This document shows, in pieces, positions 18,203 to 26,178 of a stretch of DNA of 64,000 nt. The DNA lies in contig JAZRDG010000062.1 in assembly GCA_045660125.1 (NCBI GenBank), forward strand, positions 18,273-82,272. Direction: 5' to 3'. The stretch comes from Eubacteriales bacterium (GTDB lineage Bacteria; Bacillota; Clostridia; Oscillospirales; CAG-272). Each line of letters begins with the position of its first letter. Within the stretch, counting starts at the first letter, position 1. The position numbers were made by a program, and so were the translations under genes. The notes under the pieces are model-generated. The model saw only the letters and a list, made by a program, of their open reading frames with translations. It had not been told where the DNA came from and did no database searches.

Positions 18203-21200
18203 TTACTGCGTCACGCGGAAGGTGCGTGCTTCGCCGTTGGTCATTTCGAACGAGAAGGCAAGGGAATAGGTGCCGTCGTCCTCGCGGAAGGTCATATATC
18301 CATCGTAGCTGTAATGCTGATAGTCGTAATCGACCCAATTGCCGCCGTCAAGCACCTGAATGGTGGGCTTGGTGTAGGAGTCAAAGCCGTACACGCGAAC
18401 TGCGTAAATGGTAGAGCCGCCACCGCTGACAGTAAATTCTGCGGTATTGTTCTGTGCCATCACGGTGGGCAGGTAAGTGTCTGCGATCACCGTGCCAACG
18501 CTTGCCTCGGTCTTGATAGGCGAGAGAACCGAATCCTCTCTGACGCCAAGCACGTTGGAATCGTCTGTGCTTTCAGGCTGACCCCAAGGCAGCAGGATCA
18601 TGTCAATGCGTACCGTGTCACCTGCACGCAGGGTTACGTCGCCAAGGTCTGCGGTCAGGGTAGCGAGGTTGACGCCGCCTACAAAGCTTTCCTTGAGTAC
18701 AAGGTTGCCGTCATAGGTCTTGCCGCCGATGACCATCGCGTAATCCTTAATCACAACAGCCATGTTGACCGAATCAACATTCTTGTGGGTAGGATCGGAG
18801 TCGACGTAGTAATCAAAGTATGCGCCTTCTTTGCCCAGCTTATAGTAATCTGTATGATCACTGAGTTTGAGGTCAACCGTCTGGGGCTGATTGTTCTCGT
18901 CGAGATAACCGAGCTTCTTATACACGATCGCTCTGCCGTCCATCGAGAAGAAGGAGAAGTTATTAACGAAGTCCTTGATTTCCAGATCCTCCAGTACGGT
19001 CAGATCCAGCGTATAATAGGTTCTGGTCTCATCGGATTGCGCCATTTCGGCCTGTCTGTAATCGACCTGGATCTTGCCGTCATCCGAGAGATAACTCATA
19101 TCAATATCCACGTAAACGGGGCCGGACGAGGAAATATCTGCGGTTTGCGATTCAGAGCCGAAGAAATTGCCGTTTGCATCGGTATACTGCAGCCAGTAAA
19201 GTCTGCCCGCACTGGTGTGCTGGGGCTGATTGTTCCACAGAGGCGAGGACATTGCACGGAAGTCGGGCAGCGTCCAGTAATCCTTGCCGTACACGTAGTA
19301 AGGAGCTATGCAGTTGGTTTCGGTGACACCGCAGGAAAGGTGATAGTAGGGTGCGATAAACTGAATGGAGGAGAGCTGCTTAAGCGGCACGTTACCCCAG
19401 TTCTGATACAAGTTGACAGACTTGAAGTGTCTTGTCTGGTTCTTATCAACGGTAATGGGGAAGATCGCATAGCCGTAGTGCATATCCTCGGGATCAAACA
19501 GCTTTTCCTCGTATTCGCCTTTGAAGTTCTTGCAAACCTCAACGTTGATGGGCAACAGTGCATCGTTTCCATCCAACACCACGCTGCATTCCAGCGCGCC
19601 GGATGTGGTAGTGTGCGCAAATACGTAAATGTCACGGTCATATTCGTCGCCTTTGATCTGTGTATCTACGATGAATTGCCATTGAGGATCTTTGTAATAA
19701 GCAGGATTGAAATCAGTACCGTTCAGCGTATAGGTGTAGCAGCCGATAAGGCTGTTATAGCCTGCAAACTTTGCATTGTCACGCGCGGTTACGATCTTGA
19801 TATCGGTCAAGGGATTACGCTCGATGTAAGCCTGTCTTTCCAACTCGTCAAACGAGTGGCTCTCATCTGTATAAATACGATGACCGATCGAATAGCTTGC
19901 ATGCGATTTCAAGGTGCTCGATGCAGGCGTATAGGTTTGCGTGATCACGTAATAGCCTTCTTCAAGCGTTACAGTTACCTCGCCGGTGTATTCGTCATCG
20001 GCAGGGAAGATGTAACCGAACACGCCTGCGTCGGTAATGTCAAAGCCAACGTATTCCACGGAAGCAGCGTCAATGCCGTTAATATCCGTGTGCTTGCCGT
20101 TCTTGTCTGCAATGACCAGAGAAGATACGCGGCTTTGTTCAATGCGGGTCACAGCACCGAAGCCGCCAAAGCCCTTGGTGTCGCCATCTGCGACAACGCG
20201 GATCTGCTGGTGCAGCTTGTCGCCGTAAACGTGATAATTTCTGTCAAGCTTCATGGTCGTAGCAGCGGAGGTCGTGATCTTGACAGCATTCATTTCCTTG
20301 ATTTCGATCTTCTCGCCAACCTTGCTGCCGCAGTCAACGCGAATGCCTTCGACCTTGCCGGTATAATTGGGTATGGTAGTCAGGGGAATGATCACCGTGC
20401 AAAATTCTTCGCCGGGAACAACAGAGCAGGAAACCAGCTGTTCGCTGTTAAAGTTTCCGGTCGAATCGGTACGGAGATACAGTACAACGTTGGTCGCATG
20501 CTCGGTGCGAATGGTAAGTTCGATCGCGTTGTAATCCGAAGCTTGATATTTTACGTTCCAATGGAAATAGGGGTCATTGGTGTTTCCTACAACTGCTGTA
20601 AGTACGCCATCCTTTGTTTCGATGGAATCAATATCGTGAGTAGAGGGCTTGCGCGCCTTGGCAAGCAGATCGTAGCTGCCCGCGCTTTCGTCGTACTCAT
20701 AAACAGAGGGCAAGAATCCCTGATCTAAGAAATGAATGTCATAGTAATAGTAACCGAAGCGGTAGATGTTACCGCGCGCATTCGGGCCGGACTCGGAAGC
20801 ATACAGCTTGTCACCGGTTTCGGTAATAACGAATGCGTCCATCGTATCGGTCACGTAAGGGATACCTTGCTTATTGTAGAGAGCCGCTACCTGTTTGTTG
20901 CTTTTTTGAGCAAGGTTATAGATCAGGTTGATATCGCCGTTGGAGATCTCCGCAGTTTCTCTTTTTTGATCAAGATAACGGAAGTTTATCAGGTTTGCAA
21001 CGTCGTCTGCGTATGCAATCGCATCACCCCAAGCACTCGCGTCCTGCTTGATTTGAGGGCTCGTGACGTTACCGGACTGATCCATGGTAAAGCCTACGGG
21101 GACAGAAAGCGTACTCAGTGCAGGAAGCTCGCCGGAACTTACGTCACAATTGAATGCTGCAGAGAAAAATGCAGCGATCATATCGGACAGAAGTTGCGCT

Positions 21201-21598
21201 TCGCCACCAATGTAAAGCTTGCTCTCGGAAACGTAAACCGTGTGCTCGGCGTAAGTTGCACCGCGTGCATGACCGATGATGATCTCGTGATTGGCAATAG
21301 CATAATCTGCCTCGTCGTCGGTCACGATTTGCAAAGCAACGCCGGTCACGCGCTCAATCGTATCACGCAAAAGCAGGGCGGCTGCAAAAACAGGATCTTG
21401 TGCAGTAAGGTTTGCAGGACGCACGATCACATAGTCCGAAGCGCCGTCCTTGACAAGATCCAGCACCTGCTCGGGTGCCGGTGTGTCCGTAGCACCTGTA
21501 TCGGTTGTGCCTTCGTCGGGTGAGGGGGTGTTTTTACACGCAGCCAGGCAGGGGAGCAGCAAGAGCAGCGTGAGCAGAAATGGCAAAAGTCGTTTCAT
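18203..21598 (-). CDS. 1131-aa secreted lipoprotein of unknown function (probably carbohydrate-directed)
   Basis: It has a signal peptide with a lipobox (LLLLLPCLAAC) and GGAGG 6 nt upstream. Codon bias is strong: a single TTA in ~850 codons. After the signal comes a module (DYVIVRP...IERVTGVALQIVTD...EIIIGH) of the kind seen at the N-termini of several glycosidase families. I recognised no catalytic motif. Confidence 0.8.
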   Translation of the reverse strand: MKRLLPFLLTLLLLLPCLAACKNTPSPDEGTTDTGATDTPAPEQVLDLVKDGASDYVIVRPANLTAQDPVFAAALLLRDTIERVTGVALQIVTDDEADYAIANHEIIIGHARGATYAEHTVYVSESKLYIGGEAQLLSDMIAAFFSAAFNCDVSSGELPALSTLSVPVGFTMDQSGNVTSPQIKQDASAWGDAIAYADDVANLINFRYLDQKRETAEISNGDINLIYNLAQKSNKQVAALYNKQGIPYVTDTMDAFVITETGDKLYASESGPNARGNIYRFGYYYYDIHFLDQGFLPSVYEYDESAGSYDLLAKARKPSTHDIDSIETKDGVLTAVVGNTNDPYFHWNVKYQASDYNAIELTIRTEHATNVVLYLRTDSTGNFNSEQLVSCSVVPGEEFCTVIIPLTTIPNYTGKVEGIRVDCGSKVGEKIEIKEMNAVKITTSAATTMKLDRNYHVYGDKLHQQIRVVADGDTKGFGGFGAVTRIEQSRVSSLVIADKNGKHTDINGIDAASVEYVGFDITDAGVFGYIFPADDEYTGEVTVTLEEGYYVITQTYTPASSTLKSHASYSIGHRIYTDESHSFDELERQAYIERNPLTDIKIVTARDNAKFAGYNSLIGCYTYTLNGTDFNPAYYKDPQWQFIVDTQIKGDEYDRDIYVFAHTTTSGALECSVVLDGNDALLPINVEVCKNFKGEYEEKLFDPEDMHYGYAIFPITVDKNQTRHFKSVNLYQNWGNVPLKQLSSIQFIAPYYHLSCGVTETNCIAPYYVYGKDYWTLPDFRAMSSPLWNNQPQHTSAGRLYWLQYTDANGNFFGSESQTADISSSGPVYVDIDMSYLSDDGKIQVDYRQAEMAQSDETRTYYTLDLTVLEDLEIKDFVNNFSFFSMDGRAIVYKKLGYLDENNQPQTVDLKLSDHTDYYKLGKEGAYFDYYVDSDPTHKNVDSVNMAVVIKDYAMVIGGKTYDGNLVLKESFVGGVNLATLTADLGDVTLRAGDTVRIDMILLPWGQPESTDDSNVLGVREDSVLSPIKTEASVGTVIADTYLPTVMAQNNTAEFTVSGGGSTIYAVRVYGFDSYTKPTIQVLDGGNWVDYDYQHYSYDGYMTFREDDGTYSLAFSFEMTNGEARTFRVTQ

Positions 21599-21626
21599 AA
21601 ATTACCTCCGTTGGGTTATTGTATAC

Positions 21627-21655
21627 ATTATACATAAAAAACACGGAATTGTCAA
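21627..21655 (-). promoter_or_regulatory. Promoter of the 1131-aa lipoprotein gene
   Basis: The minus strand reads TTGACA-17 nt-TATAAT, a perfect consensus, 28 nt before the ATG. Confidence 0.6.
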
Positions 21656-21663
21656 TAGAAATA

Positions 21664-21687
21664 GGGGCAGTTGCACGCAACTGCCCC
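21664..21687 (-). terminator. Hairpin after rhaA
   Basis: GGGGCAGTTGC/GCAACTGCCCC forms a hairpin 17 nt after the rhaA stop, followed by a moderately T-rich tract on the minus strand. Confidence 0.55.
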
Positions 21688-21703
21688 GTAGGTATTTATG
21701 AAA

Positions 21704-22948
21704 TTATCTCTTGGAGAGAACCTCAGCCTCGTACTCCTCGATCTCCTTGAACCAGCAAGAGCAAGCGCAAGCGCCGTTTCTCTGGCAGAACTCGGTCCAG
21801 ATATCGCCGAAGGGCAGGGTCTTAACTTCCTCACGCAGCATCATCAGCTTGGTGGTGTTGCCGGCGTCCTGAAGAGCCTTCATCTCAGCGTTGGGAGAGA
21901 GCAGAGCGTAAAGCAGAGCCTTCTGTACGCTTCTCATACCGATAACCAGAGCAGCTACACGGTTGATAGAAGCATCGAAGTAGTCGGTTGCCAGGAATAC
22001 TCTGTCAAGAGCATCGCAGCGAACAACTTCCATCATCATCTCTCTGGTGTCGTCGTCGAAGTTAACAACGTGGTCAGAGTCCCAACGAATGGGTCTGGTG
22101 ATGTGCATAGCCAGCTTCTCGGAGAAGCAGAGCATTGCGGGCAACTTGTCGTAAACGACTTCGGTGGGATGGTAGTGACCGTTGTCGAACAGCGGAACGA
22201 TACCGCGGGACAGAGCGTAGGACAGAGCGAACTCACCGGAACCAACGGTGTAGGACTCTACGCCGATACCGAATACCTTGGACTCAACGCAGGGGTAAAC
22301 CTTGGTCTTGTCGTAGCCGCAAGCCAGGATCTCGTCCAGGGACTGAGCGTATCTCATACGGGGGCCCATACGGTCAGCAGGGATATCCTTGAAGCCGTCG
22401 CCGGTCCAGAAGTTGATAACGCAGGGATAGCCGGTCTCGTTTGCGAAGTACTCAGCGATCTTCATGCAGCAGATACCGTGTCTTACCCAGAACTTTCTGA
22501 TCTCCTCGTCGGGAGAAGAAAGGGTCAGGCCGTTTGCCTTGGGGTGAGAGAAGTAGGTGGGGTTGAAGTCCAGACCCATGCCGTGCTTCTTTGCAAAGTC
22601 AACCCACTTCTGGAAGTGCTTGGGCTCAAGCGCATCTCTGTCAGCAAACTCGCCGTCCTCGAAGATAGCGTAGTTAGCGTGAACGTTGATCTTGTGGGTA
22701 CCGGGGATCAGGGAGAGAGCCTTTTCAAGGTCAGCAAACAGCTGATCGGGGCCGGTTGCTCTGCCGGGATAGTTACCGGTAGTCTGGATACCGCCGGTCA
22801 GAGGGCCGTTGTTCTCGAAACCAAGAACGTCGTCTGCCTGCCAGCAGTGCATAGAAATGCGAATGTCGGAAAGCTTGGAGATCGCAGCCTCGGTGTCAAC
22901 ACCGTACTTAGCGTAGATCTGCTTTGCGGATTCATAGCGTTGATTCAT
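21704..22948 (-). CDS. rhaA: L-rhamnose isomerase
   Basis: It shows full-length similarity to RhaA as I recall it (SMHCWQADDV, NVHANYAIF, TDYFDASINRV). I moved the start to ATG 22948, behind AGGAGG; the 15-codon extension in the track lacks an RBS. Confidence 0.92.
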   Translation of the reverse strand: MNQRYESAKQIYAKYGVDTEAAISKLSDIRISMHCWQADDVLGFENNGPLTGGIQTTGNYPGRATGPDQLFADLEKALSLIPGTHKINVHANYAIFEDGEFADRDALEPKHFQKWVDFAKKHGMGLDFNPTYFSHPKANGLTLSSPDEEIRKFWVRHGICCMKIAEYFANETGYPCVINFWTGDGFKDIPADRMGPRMRYAQSLDEILACGYDKTKVYPCVESKVFGIGVESYTVGSGEFALSYALSRGIVPLFDNGHYHPTEVVYDKLPAMLCFSEKLAMHITRPIRWDSDHVVNFDDDTREMMMEVVRCDALDRVFLATDYFDASINRVAALVIGMRSVQKALLYALLSPNAEMKALQDAGNTTKLMMLREEVKTLPFGDIWTEFCQRNGACACSCWFKEIEEYEAEVLSKR

Positions 22949-23008
22949 TTTTGTGTTCCTCCTGTAGATATATGTACAATTTTTTGAGAACATATATAGT
23001 CAAGATAC

Positions 23009-23037
23009 ATTATACAGTATTTGGCGGCGTTTTGCAA
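23009..23037 (-). promoter_or_regulatory. Promoter of rhaA
   Basis: The minus strand reads TTGCAA-17 nt-TATAAT, ~60 nt before ATG 22948. Confidence 0.55.
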
Positions 23038-23207
23038 GATGTTTTTGAAAAAAAGTTGCGTGAAATGCAACAATTTGATAGAGAGTTGGTGCATATAATA
23101 CGACAAAAAAGAGAGCGCCCTCCATTTTGGATGACGCTCTTGTCCGCTCTTATGATAGTGATGAGCAATGCGCCCAAGATAATTTCTACGTAAGCTCAGC
23201 GGACTAG

Positions 23208-24020
23208 TTACTTAAATTCGTCCGCATCAATAGGTGTTTCTGAAAAGTTTCCACTACTAACAGGATAAAGGGTATATTCCCACGAATATTCTGTAAAATC
23301 AAGAATCTCGTCGTCCATCGAATAACTGGTATGTTCGCCAAATAAAAGTTCATTGCCGTACCAAGTGTCACCCGATGCAAAATAAACGTAAAGGTATTCG
23401 CTAGGGACACCAACTGTGACGGTTGTTCCGGCTCTGACATAGAAACTCAACCTTGTGACACCAGAGGATGTTTTTAATTTGACAACGCAAGATTCACCGC
23501 CTGATGCAGTTATTGTTATTGTAGAACCATCATATGCCTCAACGCCGGTCAGTATTTCGCCGCTTATAGGCTCTGTCATCGGTGTTAAATCTGAGTCGTT
23601 ATCAGAAACAAAGGCGTCAATAAATATAATTGCTATCACTAACGCAAAAATAATACCAATAATAATTAGAATTTTATTTGCTTGTGTGGAGTTTTGCTTT
23701 TTTTGCGTTGGAGTTGGAGAATATGTGTACACATAAGAGGGAGTAGTCTCTTGTTTTATTGTGTATGGGGATTGGGAGAGTGGCGTAGCGGAAGCTTCAA
23801 CTTTATGCCCACAATTGGGGCAGAATTTGCAGTCCGAGGGCAAAAGGTTGCCACAGTTTGTGCAATAGCGATTTTTTGGCTTGTCTTCAGTTTTCAACAA
23901 CAGATCGTTTCCGTAAAATCTCCCGTTGTTGTCAGAGGTATCACCCTCGGCGGAAAGGGAATAGCGCACAGATGACGATTCTTCTTGGGAAGTCTTGGCA
24001 TTTTCTACTGGATGCTCCAT
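23208..24020 (-). CDS. Zinc-ribbon / single-TM protein with extracytoplasmic beta-rich domain, function unknown
   Basis: It has AAGGAG 6 nt upstream. The domain order is a CxxC...CxxCxxC ribbon (CTNCGNLLPSDCKFCPNCG), a P/T/Q-rich linker, a TM helix (ILIIIGIIFALVIAIIFI) and a ~125-aa C-terminal domain. GC is low. Confidence 0.7.
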   Translation of the reverse strand: MEHPVENAKTSQEESSSVRYSLSAEGDTSDNNGRFYGNDLLLKTEDKPKNRYCTNCGNLLPSDCKFCPNCGHKVEASATPLSQSPYTIKQETTPSYVYTYSPTPTQKKQNSTQANKILIIIGIIFALVIAIIFIDAFVSDNDSDLTPMTEPISGEILTGVEAYDGSTITITASGGESCVVKLKTSSGVTRLSFYVRAGTTVTVGVPSEYLYVYFASGDTWYGNELLFGEHTSYSMDDEILDFTEYSWEYTLYPVSSGNFSETPIDADEFK

Positions 24021-24118
24021 GAATATCTCCTTTCTTTTGGGAAATTATTATGCCGCTTTAGACTGGTGGCATTGATTACTTCGGCGGCAGCAAGCCGCCG
24101 CCCTACGGTTATTTCGAA

Positions 24119-26017
24119 TTACAAAGATTCAATCTCCCTCATCCATGCGTTCATGGACGCGTCGGAGGGCATGCAGAGGCCGCCTCTGGGGGAAACGGAC
24201 ACGCCGCAAACGGCAGGGCCGTCGGGCATGCAGGAACGCTTGAATTGCTGGGTAAAGAATCTGCGCGTGAATACCTTAAGCCAATGCGCGATCGTATCTG
24301 CATCAAACTGACCGTCGAAGGCGTAGCACGCAAGGCGGTAGATCTTTTCGGGGCCGAAGCCGTAGCGCAGGGCATTGTAGATAAAGAAATCGTGCAGCTC
24401 GTAAGGACCAACCAGATCTTCGGTCTTTTGCGCAATGTTGCCATTCTCATCGGCAGGCAACAGCTCGGGGCTGACAGGGGTGCCGACTACGTCGTCCAGC
24501 GCGTCCGCTATGGCGATCTCGCCCAGCTTTCTGTACTTGCGTGCAGCATAAGCCACCAGATTGCGCACCATGGTTTTGGAAACGCCACAGTTGACGCTGT
24601 AGTTGGACATGTGGTCACCGTTATAGGTAGCCCAACCCAGTACAGACTCCGAAAGGTCGCCCGTGCCCACAACAAGACCGTTGCATTGGTTGGCAACGTC
24701 CATCAAAATCTGCGTGCGCTCGCGCGCCTGGCTGTTTTCATATACGACGTTATGATTGCTCGGATCGTGTCCGATATCCTTAAAGTGCAGGGCAACGGAC
24801 TCACCGATCGGGATCTCTCTAAAATCAACGCCGAGCTGCTCGCACAGCACGGTTGCGTTGTTCTTGGTTCTCGCAGTTGTGCCAAAACCGGGCATGGTGA
24901 TGGCAAGCACCTTATCTGCAGGCATGCCAAGCGATTTGACCGCATCCACGGCAATAAGCAGGGCAAGCGTGGAGTCAAGACCGCCTGAAATGCCAAGCAC
25001 CAGCGTGTCTGCGTGCGCAGCCTTGATGCGTGCGCGCAAGCCTTCGGTCTGAATGTGCAGGATGTTCTCCCAGCCCGCATCATGATTGAAGGGAACAACA
25101 AAGGGCAGGGGATCAACAAATCTCGTCAGTTCGGTATCGGCATAGCCAAGCGAGAAATCTACCTCGGCAAACTCGCGATTACCGGTTTTGTTGCTAAAAG
25201 CAGCATCTTTGATGCGTTCGCTTGTCAAAAGCTGCACATCGATCTCTGTGCATACGTAATCCGCGGAGAAATCAAAGGGCTTTCTGCTATTTAAAATTGT
25301 ACCTTCTTCAGCAATGATCGCGCGTGCACCGTATGCCGCGTCGGTCGTGGATTCGCCTCTTCCTGCGTTGCAATACAGGTATGCGCAATGATTAGCGAAA
25401 GACAAATATTGCGCTTCGTTGTACGATCTGCAATCCTGTCCGGCTATCTCGGGAGTGGACGCAAGGCGGCAGATCAAGGTCGCGCCGGCGGCGCAAAGAT
25501 CGGTGATATCACCCTCTCCAACGCATACGCCGATCTTGAGCTCGGGCATATCGGAGCAGGAGAAAATAGTGTTATTGCCAAAGTTGCAAACCTGCATGCC
25601 GTCGCCAAACGCATCAAATGCATAGGCTGCATCGCGCAGCTGCGCAAAGTAGCGTCTGTCTGCATTCGTTGCAGGAACAATACCAAGCATCGTGCCCATA
25701 CCGCAAACGGCGGCACAGTTATAAAGCTTGCCGTTCATGTAAATCGGCAAGCCGACAATGCTGATCATATCGAGATCTGCAGTCATCTCCAGATAGTCTG
25801 CAAGCGCTGCTTTGGCACTTGCAATCAAAGTGCTTTGATAGAAAAGATCGCCACAGGTCGCACCGGTCAGGCAAAGCGCAGGGAACGCCAGTACGCGCAC
25901 GCCGTCCTGCTCGTAAGCTGTGCGTGCGGTATTTGCAAGCACTTGCGCGTTATACGCAGGGTCTGCAAGTCTGATTTCGGGTGCTGCGGCAGCAATCTTG
26001 ATAAATCCGTGTTTCAT
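24119..26017 (-). CDS. nadE: Glutamine-dependent NAD+ synthetase (nitrilase-like plus NAD synthetase domains)
   Basis: It has an N-terminal CN-hydrolase domain and a C-terminal PP-loop (LGISGGLDST). I moved the start to ATG 26017, 5 nt after GGAGG; the track start is a TTG inside the RBS. Confidence 0.92.
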   Translation of the reverse strand: MKHGFIKIAAAAPEIRLADPAYNAQVLANTARTAYEQDGVRVLAFPALCLTGATCGDLFYQSTLIASAKAALADYLEMTADLDMISIVGLPIYMNGKLYNCAAVCGMGTMLGIVPATNADRRYFAQLRDAAYAFDAFGDGMQVCNFGNNTIFSCSDMPELKIGVCVGEGDITDLCAAGATLICRLASTPEIAGQDCRSYNEAQYLSFANHCAYLYCNAGRGESTTDAAYGARAIIAEEGTILNSRKPFDFSADYVCTEIDVQLLTSERIKDAAFSNKTGNREFAEVDFSLGYADTELTRFVDPLPFVVPFNHDAGWENILHIQTEGLRARIKAAHADTLVLGISGGLDSTLALLIAVDAVKSLGMPADKVLAITMPGFGTTARTKNNATVLCEQLGVDFREIPIGESVALHFKDIGHDPSNHNVVYENSQARERTQILMDVANQCNGLVVGTGDLSESVLGWATYNGDHMSNYSVNCGVSKTMVRNLVAYAARKYRKLGEIAIADALDDVVGTPVSPELLPADENGNIAQKTEDLVGPYELHDFFIYNALRYGFGPEKIYRLACYAFDGQFDADTIAHWLKVFTRRFFTQQFKRSCMPDGPAVCGVSVSPRGGLCMPSDASMNAWMREIESL

Positions 26018-26049
26018 GGAAACCTCCAAAAAAACAATTTCTTAAGCAT

Positions 26050-26078
26050 AGTATAGCACGATATGGTTGCGAATGCAA
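26050..26078 (-). promoter_or_regulatory. Promoter of nadE
   Basis: The minus strand reads TTGCAT-17 nt-TATACT. Confidence 0.5.
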
Positions 26079-26116
26079 GACCTGACACAAAAAAACACGA
26101 AATCTTGCAAGAATCA

Positions 26117-26145
26117 TTGACTTTTCTATATATGTTTGTTATAAT
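26117..26145 (+). promoter_or_regulatory. Promoter of pncB
   Basis: The sequence reads TTGACT-17 nt-TATAAT. Confidence 0.6.
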
Positions 26146-26178
26146 ATTATCAATAAATTACAGGAAGAAGGCTGAAAA

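Noticed and set aside
18185-21523. Very long plus-strand ORFs (847 aa at 18185-20728 and 263 aa at 20732-21523) lie opposite the 1131-aa lipoprotein gene.
   Set aside because: They are in the same codon phase as the minus-strand gene (both start coordinates are 2 mod 3). In that phase, antisense stops can arise only from sense TTA, CTA or TCA codons, which this gene almost never uses. The break at 20726-20728 is a single sense TTA. They also have no RBS and a low-complexity, Val/Ile/Gly-rich composition. They are codon-bias shadows, not genes.
21650-21657. The octamer TGTCAATA recurs at 21650, 49048, 49329, 49463 and 56531, which looked like a dispersed operator.
   Set aside because: It is the reverse complement of TATTGACA, which contains the -35 hexamer TTGACA. 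Three of the copies (21650, 49048, 56531) lie exactly 17 nt from a good minus-strand -10 box and are simply promoters. The other two lack a -10 box at proper spacing and are noted only within the spacer finding.
22924-23193. An 89-aa plus-strand ORF lies between rhaA and the zinc-ribbon gene.
   Set aside because: It starts at a TTG inside rhaA, has no RBS, and runs through the rhaA promoter and the terminator region of the zinc-ribbon gene.
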